The notes beneath the pieces are model-generated. The model made no database searches and was not told the origin of the DNA. It saw only the letters and a list, made by a program, of their open reading frames with translations. A program made the translations under genes and the position numbers. Shown piece by piece: positions 26,678 to 37,175 of a DNA stretch of 64,000 nt. This DNA comes from Thermoprotei archaeon (GTDB taxonomy: Archaea; Thermoproteota; Thermoprotei; Thermoproteales; B15-G16). The stretch's first letter is position 1; each line of letters starts with the position of its first letter. Where the stretch lies: positions 259,482-323,481 of the forward strand of contig QMRC01000002.1 in the NCBI GenBank assembly GCA_003649205.1, given 5' to 3'.

Positions 26678-26748
26678 CCGCTTTCGGTACTTGTTGAGGG
26701 TATAGATATTTCTTCCCCACTTCTTGAATGTGTATCTGGTGATTTCAC

Positions 26749-27708
26749 ATGACTACTATCCTCGTTACCGGTGGTGCAGGTTTCATCGGTAGTCACTTAG
26801 TTGATAAGTTGCTGGAGATGGGGTTTAGAGTTAGAGTAGTTGATAATTTGAGTAGTGGGTCTCTAGACAATATCAAGCACAATATTGGTAATCCAAATTT
26901 CGAGTTTATTCATGGAGACCTTAAGGATTTTAATACATGTCTAAAGGCTGTACAGGATGCTGATGTTGTATATCACCTAGCTGCTAATCCAGAAGTTAGA
27001 GTAAGTGTTACGGAACCTGAAGTTCATTTCAGAGAAAATGTTATTGCTACATTCAATCTTCTTGAAGCTTGTAGGAAAGTTGGATGTGTTAGGAAGTTCA
27101 TTTTTGCTAGCTCTAGTACGGTCTATGGTGATGCAACAATATTTCCAACACCTGAAGGTCATGTGCTGAAGCCAATAAGTGTCTACGGTGCATCTAAAGC
27201 TGCGTGTGAGGCATTGATATGCTCGTACGCGCATCTCTACGGCTTTAGAGCTGCATCCATAAGATATGCCAACATAGTGGGTCCAAGATTAAGACATGGA
27301 GTTGTGTACGACTTCCTAATGAAGTTGAGGAGAAATCCCAATGTTTTAGAGGTTTTAGGTGATGGTACGCAGAGAAAGAGCTACCTATACATCACAGATG
27401 CCGTTGATGCTACTGTGCTTATAGCTGAGAGATTAGCTACAACCTTTGACACGTACAATGTAGGTAATGATGACTGGATCACTGTACGTGAAATAGCTGA
27501 AATAGTGTGCTCAGTCTTAGGTTTAAAACCCAAGATCGTGTTCACAGGTGGAACACCAGATGGACGTGGTTGGCCTGGTGATGTCAAGTTCATGCTATTA
27601 GACACAAGAAAGCTCAAGGAACTAGGTTGGAGACCTAAATACAGCAGTAAAGAAGCAATTAGGCTGACCGCAGAAGCTCTTGCACATGAGCTACATCTAA
27701 AACCCTAA
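26749..27708 (+). CDS. NAD-dependent epimerase/dehydratase (UDP-glucose 4-epimerase-like)
   Basis: TGGAGFIG, ASSSTVYG and YGASK motifs. Confidence 0.9.
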   Translation: MTTILVTGGAGFIGSHLVDKLLEMGFRVRVVDNLSSGSLDNIKHNIGNPNFEFIHGDLKDFNTCLKAVQDADVVYHLAANPEVRVSVTEPEVHFRENVIATFNLLEACRKVGCVRKFIFASSSTVYGDATIFPTPEGHVLKPISVYGASKAACEALICSYAHLYGFRAASIRYANIVGPRLRHGVVYDFLMKLRRNPNVLEVLGDGTQRKSYLYITDAVDATVLIAERLATTFDTYNVGNDDWITVREIAEIVCSVLGLKPKIVFTGGTPDGRGWPGDVKFMLLDTRKLKELGWRPKYSSKEAIRLTAEALAHELHLKP

Positions 27709-27760
27709 TTACCTAGTTAGAGGTGAAGTCTTCTCAAATACTTAGGGGGTGAGTTAGTGA

Positions 27761-28099
27761 ATGCAGGAAATAGAGATTAAGCCTAAAGGGAGATGGGAAG
27801 TTGTGTTTCAAGAAGCAGATAAGTGGCAATGTGGTATCTACGTTCCTGAGTTTACGTCTATGGAGGAGATTACTTGGTTGGAGAAACATGATGCTCCAGA
27901 GCTATTCTACCTAGTAAGAGGTTCAGTGGTATTAGTTATAAGTCCTGATGGAAAGGAGATAAGAGAAGTACCTATGCGAGAAGGTGTAATCTACATAGTA
28001 GATGAGTGGCACAATGCGTATAGACCGAGAGGTGTAGAGGGTACTGTGCTTGTGATAGAGAGGGTAGGTATCTCAACTCAATACCTAAAACTGAAGTAG
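27761..28099 (+). CDS. Small cupin-fold protein
   Basis: EKHDAPELF..G and WHN cupin-like metal motifs. Confidence 0.6.
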   Translation: MQEIEIKPKGRWEVVFQEADKWQCGIYVPEFTSMEEITWLEKHDAPELFYLVRGSVVLVISPDGKEIREVPMREGVIYIVDEWHNAYRPRGVEGTVLVIERVGISTQYLKLK

Positions 28100-28100
28100 T

Positions 28101-29369
28101 TCATAGATCTCTTCTCAATCCAACATCAATATTCACTACCCAACCCCTCTTAGCACCTGCCTCGATACCTGCCTTCAGTACCCGCTCTGCAATGTCCTTA
28201 CTTGGTGCGAGAGCTATTAGTGAGCCTCCTAATCCTGCACCTGAGATCTTTACTCCTAGAGCACCAGCACTTAGTGCAGCATCTCGAATTCTCTCGAGTT
28301 CAGGTAAGCTTAAGTCGTAGAGGTCTCTAAGTAAGGCGTGTTGCTGATTCATTATAACACCAATTAGGTGAAGTATGGGATCACTGGATCTAAGCGCCTT
28401 CTCTACATCTCGTCTCCACTCATCACCCAATATCGAGGTTATGTAGTCCAGATCTGGTACCTCACCTCTCATAATCTTAAGCGCTAACTCGGTAGATCTG
28501 TGCTCTCTAATCGTGAAGAGTATCCTAGCTCTAGGTTTTTCAGGTAATCTCTCGAGGAATGGTCTTATTTCCTCCTCACTAATTTCCTCCCACTTAGGCT
28601 CGTAGTATTTCCTACCAAGTTTTCTCCTAAGTGATTCAGGTAGATCTGACATCCCTAGAAGGAGTTCTAAACCCCGATCTATGTCAGCTTGCCTCCTTGG
28701 ATGTATCTCAGCTGTACTATGCTTGATACCTGAGTCAAGCACTACAAAGATACCTCTTCTAAAGGGTATCTCCTCAACTCTATATGGTGGCCTTGTCTCT
28801 ATCTTAATTACTCCACCAAATGCAGATCCATACTGATCTAACCTACCACAGGGTATGCTCATTATGTCATGCTCAGCATGGTAAGCTAGCTCCGCAATCT
28901 GTTTCCTATCTAAACCAAGTTCAAATACCTCATTCACTGCACCAAGAAATGAAACCGTAAAAGCAGCACTACTACCAAGTCCACCACCAATAGGCACCTC
29001 ACTTAGTATAGCTGCATCGAATCCAGAAATTTTATAACCCTGCTCCCGTAACGCTATGATAGCTGCTCTGATATAATTACCAAACCATCTACCCTCCTTG
29101 AGCGCTAGATTCTCAACATTAAACTCATCTATGTACTCAATACCTTCATCCTTTAAATTAAACGATACAACTCTACAAACACTATCTTCCCTACGATGAA
29201 TAGCGCAGTAAGATCGTAAATTAACACCTATTGAGACAACAGGTAAACCTTTGTAGTCTTGATGTGTATTTAGAAAGTCAAGTCTTCCCGGCGATGAGAC
29301 TACAACCTGGGGATTGTAACCAAACTCCTCTCTAAATCTCCTTAACATTTCAACTAGCATACTAAACAC
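28101..29369 (-). CDS. GHMP kinase, galactokinase-like
   Basis: PIGGGLGSSAA, CGRLDQ and KISGAGLGG; sugar motif variant GRLDFLNTHQDY. Confidence 0.88.
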   Translation of the reverse strand: MFSMLVEMLRRFREEFGYNPQVVVSSPGRLDFLNTHQDYKGLPVVSIGVNLRSYCAIHRREDSVCRVVSFNLKDEGIEYIDEFNVENLALKEGRWFGNYIRAAIIALREQGYKISGFDAAILSEVPIGGGLGSSAAFTVSFLGAVNEVFELGLDRKQIAELAYHAEHDIMSIPCGRLDQYGSAFGGVIKIETRPPYRVEEIPFRRGIFVVLDSGIKHSTAEIHPRRQADIDRGLELLLGMSDLPESLRRKLGRKYYEPKWEEISEEEIRPFLERLPEKPRARILFTIREHRSTELALKIMRGEVPDLDYITSILGDEWRRDVEKALRSSDPILHLIGVIMNQQHALLRDLYDLSLPELERIRDAALSAGALGVKISGAGLGGSLIALAPSKDIAERVLKAGIEAGAKRGWVVNIDVGLRRDL

Positions 29370-29403
29370 CCAATACCTCTACACTAGGTTTTGAAAATTA
29401 CAA

Positions 29404-30438
29404 TTAACCGATGGCGACTACTTGACCAAGGTACTGATTCAACTTCTTAAGAGCTCTATAACAAGCTTCTCTAAGTTCTCTAGCCTTCTGCTCGGGTACT
29501 CCATCGTACGTGAATGTCCAGTAACCCCACTCAATACCTGCTGCATACTTCAATTTATCTCGATCTCTATAAGGCTGATAGAACTCTACGTGCATGTGGT
29601 AGTAGGAGTAGTCCTTACCATCTGTTGGCTTCTGGTGTATCACCATCATGTACGGTAAGTCACGATCAAAGAGTGCGTTGTACATTGCTGTAACAACTCT
29701 CAGAGCATCTGCTAAGTGGAACCTCTCTTCATCACTTAAATCCGGTAGAGCCTGTACATGCCTCTTTGGGTATACATGAACTTCATATGGCCACATAGCG
29801 AAGTATGGTAGGAGGATGATGAAGTGCTTATTCTCGTAAATTAACCTAACTTTCTCACGATATTCAAGGTTAATGATGTCACAGAGCAAGCACCTACCTC
29901 TTCTCCTCATGTAGTTTCTAAACGACTTAAGCTCACAGCGTATCCTCGGTGGTATGAATGGTAGTGCATAGATCTGTGAGTGAGGGTGAGTTAGTGAAAC
30001 ACCGATCTCCTTACCCTTATTCCTAAACTCTGCAACGTACTTCACAGGCTTGAGAGATCCCAACTTTAGGTACTCCTCAGTAAATACGTCAATCACCTTC
30101 TTCGCATGATCAAGAGTTAAATCACAGAGATCACCCTCGTGACTTGGAGTCTCAACAACTACTTCACATACACCAATCGCTCGTCTAGCTCTGAAAAGAC
30201 CAGCGACTCCATGAGTTGGCTGTGGAGCATTCATTGTTAGGGCAGGGAACTTATTTGGTAACACAATGACATCCCATTCACCTAAATTCCTAGTCTCTGG
30301 AGCACCAGGGCAAAATGGACAGGAAAAACCCTTCTCTTCAGGTCTCCAAGGTCTATGACCTCTATGACCAGCAACAATAATCCACTGTCGAAGTAGTGGA
30401 TTCCACCTAACTTCGTGTACTTTGGTATTAGTTGACAT
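29404..30438 (-). CDS. galT: Galactose-1-phosphate uridylyltransferase
   Basis: RWNPL, CPFCPG, NKFPAL and HPHSQ active site. Confidence 0.93.
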   Translation of the reverse strand: MSTNTKVHEVRWNPLLRQWIIVAGHRGHRPWRPEEKGFSCPFCPGAPETRNLGEWDVIVLPNKFPALTMNAPQPTHGVAGLFRARRAIGVCEVVVETPSHEGDLCDLTLDHAKKVIDVFTEEYLKLGSLKPVKYVAEFRNKGKEIGVSLTHPHSQIYALPFIPPRIRCELKSFRNYMRRRGRCLLCDIINLEYREKVRLIYENKHFIILLPYFAMWPYEVHVYPKRHVQALPDLSDEERFHLADALRVVTAMYNALFDRDLPYMMVIHQKPTDGKDYSYYHMHVEFYQPYRDRDKLKYAAGIEWGYWTFTYDGVPEQKARELREACYRALKKLNQYLGQVVAIG

Positions 30439-30570
30439 AGAATCACCACACTGGAGGTAAAGATAACTACCCATATAATTAACACTAACTCAAAGACCTA
30501 GATAGATAAGCTTGCTTTAACTGAGAAATACTATCACCTATCACGGTTAATTCCTGAGAGGTGAAATCCT

Positions 30571-31920
30571 CTGGAGAGACCTAGAATAGCTGTTATCTTC
30601 ATAGCACCGCCCACTGGGGCTATTGGTGGTCCTCCAGATGTTGAGAAGTGGTTCAGTAACATCAAGAGCAAGGTCAGAGATAGGCTAGTGCAGCTATATC
30701 CTGATACTGAGTTTAGATTCCATGATGTAGAAAAGCCAGAAGACGCGTTGAAGGTCCTTGAGGATGAGGCAGAGGCTACGGGTTTTCTAGTGTTCATACT
30801 GAATTGTATAGCAGGTTTAGCAAGATTCTTCCTTAGAAGTGGTAAACCAGTTATCGCAGTAGCTGAGACATATGGTGGGTCTGGAGAGTACTTGCTCGAC
30901 TACCCTAGGGCTAGGGAAGAAGGTTATCCCGTAGTTGGTATTTCTGCAAGAGACATAGCTAGTGATGTTGTGCTAAGAAAGGTCAGACTTCTAACAACTA
31001 TTCACAAGCTAAGGAATTCTCGCGTTCTCTTTGTAGTGAGTCCTGCTGAGAGGTGGCTAGTTGAACTTGAGTACCCTCTAAGCATCGACCTGTATTCATC
31101 CATTAAGAGTGTTGCAGCTATCACCGGTATAACTCCTATCGTACTCGATGTTCGTGAGTTTAGAGAGAAGTACTATGAGAAAGTTAAGAATGAGGAAGTG
31201 GAGAAAATTGCTGAGAAGTGGATTAGAGAGGCTAAGAGAGTAGATGAGGAAGTTCTCGATGAAGTTAAGAAATCAGCTAAACTCTACATAGCTCTGAGAA
31301 ATGCAGCAAGAGACTACGGAGCAAATGCAGTAGCTATTAACTGTATAGTATTGAGGAACGCTGGTTTCATAGATGCTTGGCCATGTCTAGGGTACATGGA
31401 ATTATGGAATGACGGTATTGCACCGGTATGTGAAGCAGATCCCTACTCAGCAGCACTAATCCTAGCTATCCAGTACCTGACAGGTAGACCAAGCTTCATA
31501 GTTGATGTAGCTATCGATGAGGTAAGTAATGAAGCAGTGTACTACCACTGCTATGCACCTACAAGACCGTATGGCGATGAGAGGAAGGTACCCTATGTAA
31601 TAACAACAGCACATTTAGGAGTAAAGCACGCATCAATATACGTGGAGTTACCTACAGATGAAGTAGTGACAGCAGTCGGCTTCTCACCCGAAGAGAGGCT
31701 GATACTGCTTCACACTGCTAAGGTAACAAAGCTAGAGTACTCACCACATGCTTGCTCTGTAAAACTAATTGCGAAGACAAACACAAGAGCAATAGTTAGG
31801 AATTGGAGATGGAGATCTGGATGGCATAGGGTAATCGTATTTGGTGACTATCGAGAGGAGATTTCTGAACTAGCTACTTTACTCGGATTGAAAGTCCTTG
31901 AGGAAGATAAGGGGTGGTAG
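30571..31920 (+). CDS. L-fucose/L-arabinose isomerase-like protein 1; probable CTG start
   Basis: PCLG..VCEAD..YHC..GWHRV; frame open 39 codons upstream of GTG 30688 to a CTG behind GAGGTGA. Confidence 0.7.
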   Translation: MERPRIAVIFIAPPTGAIGGPPDVEKWFSNIKSKVRDRLVQLYPDTEFRFHDVEKPEDALKVLEDEAEATGFLVFILNCIAGLARFFLRSGKPVIAVAETYGGSGEYLLDYPRAREEGYPVVGISARDIASDVVLRKVRLLTTIHKLRNSRVLFVVSPAERWLVELEYPLSIDLYSSIKSVAAITGITPIVLDVREFREKYYEKVKNEEVEKIAEKWIREAKRVDEEVLDEVKKSAKLYIALRNAARDYGANAVAINCIVLRNAGFIDAWPCLGYMELWNDGIAPVCEADPYSAALILAIQYLTGRPSFIVDVAIDEVSNEAVYYHCYAPTRPYGDERKVPYVITTAHLGVKHASIYVELPTDEVVTAVGFSPEERLILLHTAKVTKLEYSPHACSVKLIAKTNTRAIVRNWRWRSGWHRVIVFGDYREEISELATLLGLKVLEEDKGW

Positions 31921-33278
31921 GTATGAGTGTAAAAGAGGTAAAGGTGAAGGTTCAACCAATTAGGCTTAAATCAGCTCTCGAGATTTGGAACAGCAATGAA
32001 ACACCTGTAGCTAAAGATGCGTGGGTTCATGGACCTAAGAAACCTAGAGATGTCATTAGAGGTGAAGAGCCTTCACCATGTGATGTCAGTCTTGAAGCAT
32101 TAGCGAGACAGGGACTAATAGAACTTCTACCACCGATAACCATTGAGAAGAGAGATGATGTACGTAAAGTACCTAACGATGTAGATCTAATCGTCATCAA
32201 TGATAGTGGTGATTGGTTTGCAGATAATGGTATACTGGATGAGCTGGCTGCGCTGGGTAAGCCAATAGCTCCAGAGTGGGATTCATGGGGGTACGCTATC
32301 CATGGAAGAATATCGAAGTTCCGATTAAGAAAGTACGCAAAAGTTCTTCGCTTCATACCTATGGGAGTAAATGATGTACAAGTTCTCATCAGAGCACTTA
32401 GAGCCTATAGATTCATCAGAACAATGAGAGTTCTCTACATAGGTACCTACCCCTCTCACAGCGTTACCATAGGACCGCACATAGATTTCAACTACCTTAA
32501 GCAGAGATTCGGCATCGAGTTCAAGAAAATAGACATCGATGAGTATGTGAAAGCTATAGACGAGATACCTGATGAAGATGTGAAATCAATAGTTGAAGAG
32601 TGGAGAAGAAGGTTCATAATACTTGACAATAGGGAGAAGAAGCTAACGCTCTATGCTAAGATCTACAAAGCACTTAAGTTACTACTGCAGAGGTATAATG
32701 CAAATGCACTTACCGTTGACTGTGCCGCATTACCAGATTTAGAGTTTGTACCTTGCGTTGCGTACTCACTGCTCATAGATGATGGGATACCCTGTAGCTG
32801 TGAAGCGGACATACCCGCTCTCATTGCGATGGCTATACTCATGGGAGTTTCCGGCGGCCCTGTACTCATGGGTAATCTCAATGAAAACGCTACTCACGTA
32901 GACATCGAACAAAATGTCGTAGTGGTAAATCACGATGTAGTACCAACGACAATGATAGCACCTAGCTGTAGTGTATACATGAGAGACTACCATGCCATGG
33001 GAAAGGGCTCAACACTATATGGTGAATTACCAGCAAACACGATCGTCACCTTAGCAGGAATGAATTGGGATATGGATACGATATGGGTTACTACAGGGAC
33101 CATAGAGTGGACACAGGATACAGTACACTGTCGAATAGCTGTTGGCATTAAAGTACGTGATGCAAAGAGAGTGAGCAAGGATGCAGCTTCGCATCATGTA
33201 GTGATGACGTTCGGGAACTACGTAGAGGAGATAAAGGTAGTAGCTAAGTTGTTAGGTATAGAGTTTATGCAGCTTTAA
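31914..33278 (+). CDS. L-fucose/L-arabinose isomerase-like protein 2
   Basis: PCVA..SCEAD..GN..NHD..CRI..SHHVV. Confidence 0.7.
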   Translation: MVGMSVKEVKVKVQPIRLKSALEIWNSNETPVAKDAWVHGPKKPRDVIRGEEPSPCDVSLEALARQGLIELLPPITIEKRDDVRKVPNDVDLIVINDSGDWFADNGILDELAALGKPIAPEWDSWGYAIHGRISKFRLRKYAKVLRFIPMGVNDVQVLIRALRAYRFIRTMRVLYIGTYPSHSVTIGPHIDFNYLKQRFGIEFKKIDIDEYVKAIDEIPDEDVKSIVEEWRRRFIILDNREKKLTLYAKIYKALKLLLQRYNANALTVDCAALPDLEFVPCVAYSLLIDDGIPCSCEADIPALIAMAILMGVSGGPVLMGNLNENATHVDIEQNVVVVNHDVVPTTMIAPSCSVYMRDYHAMGKGSTLYGELPANTIVTLAGMNWDMDTIWVTTGTIEWTQDTVHCRIAVGIKVRDAKRVSKDAASHHVVMTFGNYVEEIKVVAKLLGIEFMQL

Positions 33279-33357
33279 TACACTCCATAACACCCCCAAG
33301 AATACATCTTTTCACACATACAGAAGTTCATAGCTTACAAGATGTACAGCACCATAA

Positions 33358-33398
33358 CTGTACTTTGCAGTACAGATAGATTGGGAAAACTTTAAATC
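33358..33398 (+). promoter_or_regulatory. Inverted repeat plus BRE/TATA upstream of the second ABC operon
   Basis: CTGTACT-N4-AGTACAG followed by GGGAAAAC-TTTAAAT. Confidence 0.5.
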
Positions 33399-33444
33399 AA
33401 CTTATTATTACACTATATACCCGAAGACCACTAGAGGTGTCAAT

Positions 33445-34470
33445 ATGGAGAGAAAGGTGTCGCTATCTATATTCATAGTAGCGATAATCGTCACAGCAAT
33501 TGTTGCTGGGGTTGCTGGCTACTTCCTAAGACCAGTACCACCACCACCGAAGAAACCAGGTGAAGGAATGGTAATTTACTGGATTGGCGGTGCAGCTGGC
33601 GATCCATTCGACGCGAGGCTGTATAAGGGTGCTAAGGATGCAGCTGATCTACTAGGTATAAAGTTGGTGTACGTACATACAGGTTGGGACCCAGATAAGA
33701 TGGTTGCTGAGTTCAAGAGAGCGATAGCAGCACATCCAGATGGTATCGTAGTGATGGGACATCCAGGATATGAAGCACTAACACCGCTCTTCGAAGAAGC
33801 AGCGAAGAAGGGCATACTAGTTACACTAGCTAATGTAGATATACCAGAGCTAAGAAAGAAGTACTGGTTCTGTGGATACGTTGGTCAGAACCTATACCAG
33901 TCAGGATACATACTAGCTAAGACAGCACTGGAGAAGTTCAAGGACAGATTAAAGCCAGGTGCTAGGGTAGCAATATTCTCCGGTAGTTGGGAGCAACCAG
34001 CTAGAGCGCTCAGAGCAAGAGGTGTTGAAGATGCTTTCAAAGAGGCAGGTCTAATAGTTGACAGAGTCTCACACCCACCATCAGTGTATGGAAGCCCAGC
34101 TGAAGGTCTACCATACGTAGCAGGTTACCTAGCAAAGCACCCAGACTGTGTACTCATATGCTTTGATGGTGGTGGTACAACAGCTGCCGCAGCAGACTAC
34201 TTAAAGGCAATAGGTAAGAAACCAGGAGAGATCATAGTAATTGGATTTGACCTAACACCAGGATCCATCAAAGGTCTGAAGGAAGGTTACGTACAGCTAG
34301 TAATTGATCAGCAACCATACCTACAAGGATTCCTGACAGTACTTAACCTATTCCTAAGCAAGAAGTACAAGATGCTAGGACTATACATTGACACTGGTGG
34401 TTTCGTAATTGATAAAGAACTACTTGAGAAGCTAGGTATTGAGAAGCTAGTTGAGCAAGGATATAGATAG
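33445..34470 (+). CDS. Monosaccharide ABC substrate-binding protein (CUT2)
   Basis: PDGIVV, YVGQN, GFD and IDQQPYLQG motifs. Confidence 0.9.
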   Translation: MERKVSLSIFIVAIIVTAIVAGVAGYFLRPVPPPPKKPGEGMVIYWIGGAAGDPFDARLYKGAKDAADLLGIKLVYVHTGWDPDKMVAEFKRAIAAHPDGIVVMGHPGYEALTPLFEEAAKKGILVTLANVDIPELRKKYWFCGYVGQNLYQSGYILAKTALEKFKDRLKPGARVAIFSGSWEQPARALRARGVEDAFKEAGLIVDRVSHPPSVYGSPAEGLPYVAGYLAKHPDCVLICFDGGGTTAAAADYLKAIGKKPGEIIVIGFDLTPGSIKGLKEGYVQLVIDQQPYLQGFLTVLNLFLSKKYKMLGLYIDTGGFVIDKELLEKLGIEKLVEQGYR

Positions 34471-34578
34471 TCGTGAAAACTAATTCCTCTGTTTTTCTTT
34501 TTCCTACTGATCACAGGTATATTTACACACGAGAAGTGTTATATAGGGGAGTATATTGATCGGTTTGAGGGACTAGTT

Positions 34579-35382
34579 ATGGTTAGAGAAAGCGAGTACT
34601 TAGTATTCACTAAGAACCTTGTTAAGAGATTTGGGGATGTCGTTGCCTTAAAGGGTGTTAACTTTAGAGTCGGATACAATGAGGTTGTTGGTCTCGTTGG
34701 TGATAACGGTGCTGGTAAATCAACACTAGCTAAAATACTGGCAGGGATCTATGTTCCAGATGAGGGTGAGATCTATGTTAAGGGTCAGAGATTTCGTAGA
34801 TTGACCCCTCAGAAAGCTCGTGAACTAGGTATTGAGCTTGTGCATCAGGAAAGAACTCTCGCAGAGGATCACCCCATTTGGAGAAACATCTTCATGGGTA
34901 GGGAGATCACAGGGCCATTAGGCTTTCTCAGGATTAAGGAGATGAAGGCAGCTGCTGAGAAACTACTCAATGAGATAGGCCTTAAAGCTATACCACCCGA
35001 TACACCTGTAAAGTTCCTATCAGGTGGCTATAAGCAAGGTGTTCAGATAGCTAGAGCTGTACAATTTGAAGCTGATTTAGTAATACTTGATGAGCCAACA
35101 ATACAGCTATCAATATCCGAAGTACATAGAGTTCTAGAATATGTTCATGGGCTAAAGAAGAGGGGGAAGTCTTGCGTTTTCATAACTCACAACATATACC
35201 ACGTATATCCTGTAGCTGACAGATTTGTTATCATAGATAGAGGTAAGATAGTTGCTGAGTTCAGGAAGGTAGATGTCACTCCTGAAGACTTAACGCATAT
35301 ATTGGTCTCAATAGCTAGAACAGGTACTATACCTGAGAAGTACGAAAAGATAAATCTGCTGAACGTTGCAGGTAGCAATTAG
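34579..35382 (+). CDS. Monosaccharide ABC ATP-binding protein
   Basis: GDNGAGKST, LSGG, LDEPT and THN. Confidence 0.92.
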   Translation: MVRESEYLVFTKNLVKRFGDVVALKGVNFRVGYNEVVGLVGDNGAGKSTLAKILAGIYVPDEGEIYVKGQRFRRLTPQKARELGIELVHQERTLAEDHPIWRNIFMGREITGPLGFLRIKEMKAAAEKLLNEIGLKAIPPDTPVKFLSGGYKQGVQIARAVQFEADLVILDEPTIQLSISEVHRVLEYVHGLKKRGKSCVFITHNIYHVYPVADRFVIIDRGKIVAEFRKVDVTPEDLTHILVSIARTGTIPEKYEKINLLNVAGSN

Positions 35383-36413
35383 TGGGGGCTGGTAATATGG
35401 TTAGTGAAAGTAGGGGGAACATCGTATTTAACGTATTGACAACACTGTGGACCAGATACAGATTGCAAACAACTGTCTTCACTATATTCTGCGGTCTATG
35501 GCTTATCTTCTACGCTATTAGTCCATCATCCTTCGCTAGACCATTTACGTACACAGCAATACTCTCTGTTGCACCATTCACGATAATACCAGCACTCAGC
35601 TTAACCTACGTAATCATAACGGGTGAGATGGACCTCTCGTTCCCTTCTATAATGGCTTTAGGTGCTTGGGTACTGACAGTTACATGGCATGCCTTCGGTC
35701 CAACACCACTAGGTCTAATCCTTGCGCTACTAGCTGGTCTAATGGCTGGCTTCATAAATGGTGTCTTAGTGACCAAGTGCCACATACCATCACTCATAGC
35801 CACTATAGGCACCATGTTTGTATGGCGAGGATTTGTGCTGATAGCTACTGGTGGCTTCAGCATATCAATTGGTATGTGGAGAGGAACTCCGATATATCAA
35901 GCCCTCGTCGGTAGATTTGGTGGAATCCCCATTCAGATTGTGTGGGCTGTAGTTATAGCAGTAATCCTATGGATCTTCTTAAACCTGCATAAGTTCGGTG
36001 CACACGTCTACTATACAGGAGACAATAGAGTAGCTGCTCAGATGTTAGGTATAAACACTGATAGAGTGATCATAACGGTGTTCATGATACATGGGATGCT
36101 CTCAGCATTCGCTGGTGTACTGGTAGCTCTTGAGATGGGATCCTTCTGGCCAGCTCTAGGCGAGATCTATCTACTAGAGTCGATAGCAGCAGTCGTTGTT
36201 GGTGGTACACCGATAACTGGTGGTACAGGGACTATATTCGGTACTTTCATCGGTGGACTGATATTGAAGTGGATTGAGACGGGTATACTAGCTGTTGGTG
36301 TTACTGGATTCTGGATAAAGCTAGTCTACGGTCTTGTGATAATAATTGCCTTGATAGCACAGGTAATCATTAGGAAACGTGAAATCAGGAGAATGAAGAT
36401 CATCGGTGCGTAG
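35382..36413 (+). CDS. Monosaccharide ABC permease (RbsC-like)
   Basis: GEMDLS, IPSLIATIG and IAAVVVGGT motifs. Confidence 0.92.
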   Translation: MGAGNMVSESRGNIVFNVLTTLWTRYRLQTTVFTIFCGLWLIFYAISPSSFARPFTYTAILSVAPFTIIPALSLTYVIITGEMDLSFPSIMALGAWVLTVTWHAFGPTPLGLILALLAGLMAGFINGVLVTKCHIPSLIATIGTMFVWRGFVLIATGGFSISIGMWRGTPIYQALVGRFGGIPIQIVWAVVIAVILWIFLNLHKFGAHVYYTGDNRVAAQMLGINTDRVIITVFMIHGMLSAFAGVLVALEMGSFWPALGEIYLLESIAAVVVGGTPITGGTGTIFGTFIGGLILKWIETGILAVGVTGFWIKLVYGLVIIIALIAQVIIRKREIRRMKIIGA

Positions 36414-36415
36414 CA

Positions 36416-37129
36416 CTAAGTTAACTTAAACCTCTTAACTTCACTACCATTAACTTTCTTCAGTGTGACTTCAGTACCCTTAATAACAATGTACCCTCTA
36501 TGCTCATTTGGCTCTACATCAATTATTGATCCTCTTAATCCAGCTCCCTCGTAGTTAATGTCCTCAGCTAGAAGACCAGAGTGAATGATTCTATATTCAG
36601 GATCTACGTGTAGGATCTGTGTATGACCAATAATCCACCAAGCTCCCTTCCTTAACCTCCCTTCCCTCTCCTCTAGATCTCTAGCTTTCCTTGTGGCATT
36701 GACTATGGCCTCAAAGGTGGTTGAGTACTTTCGGTAATACTCATTGAAGATAACGTTGAATTGTCTATGTCCATGCTCAAATACGAGTACTATGTTTTCG
36801 ATACTGATTACCTTGATTGGTACGATCTCGATGCTAATTGCTTTACCACCTAGCTCATCAATTATCTTCCTTCTGTAGAGTAGTACTCCATCATCTCTTG
36901 CGCCGACAATGTATATTACCTTACTCGTACCAACCCTCCTACCATATCTAATGACCCTACCTAGTACTGATGCTACTTCACTGATCCTAGCTCTATCTTC
37001 TCTATGGAATCTAGCTAGGAAGTCACCTAGTATCACGAGTGTTGTACATCGCTCTCTCTCGAGTAGTTTCTTAAGTAGTTCGATTGGTGTTCGAGGGTAT
37101 CTGAAGTCTCCAATAATTACGTAGCTCAA
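36416..37129 (-). CDS. Calcineurin-like metallophosphoesterase, degenerate
   Basis: IGDFR, LGDF, GARD, HGH and GHTQ at the positions of the canonical motifs. Confidence 0.65.
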   Translation of the reverse strand: MSYVIIGDFRYPRTPIELLKKLLERERCTTLVILGDFLARFHREDRARISEVASVLGRVIRYGRRVGTSKVIYIVGARDDGVLLYRRKIIDELGGKAISIEIVPIKVISIENIVLVFEHGHRQFNVIFNEYYRKYSTTFEAIVNATRKARDLEEREGRLRKGAWWIIGHTQILHVDPEYRIIHSGLLAEDINYEGAGLRGSIIDVEPNEHRGYIVIKGTEVTLKKVNGSEVKRFKLT

Positions 37130-37175
37130 GTACTACACCTTTTCAATGTAGCAGGGTGTAGAAGTTATTAAAATA

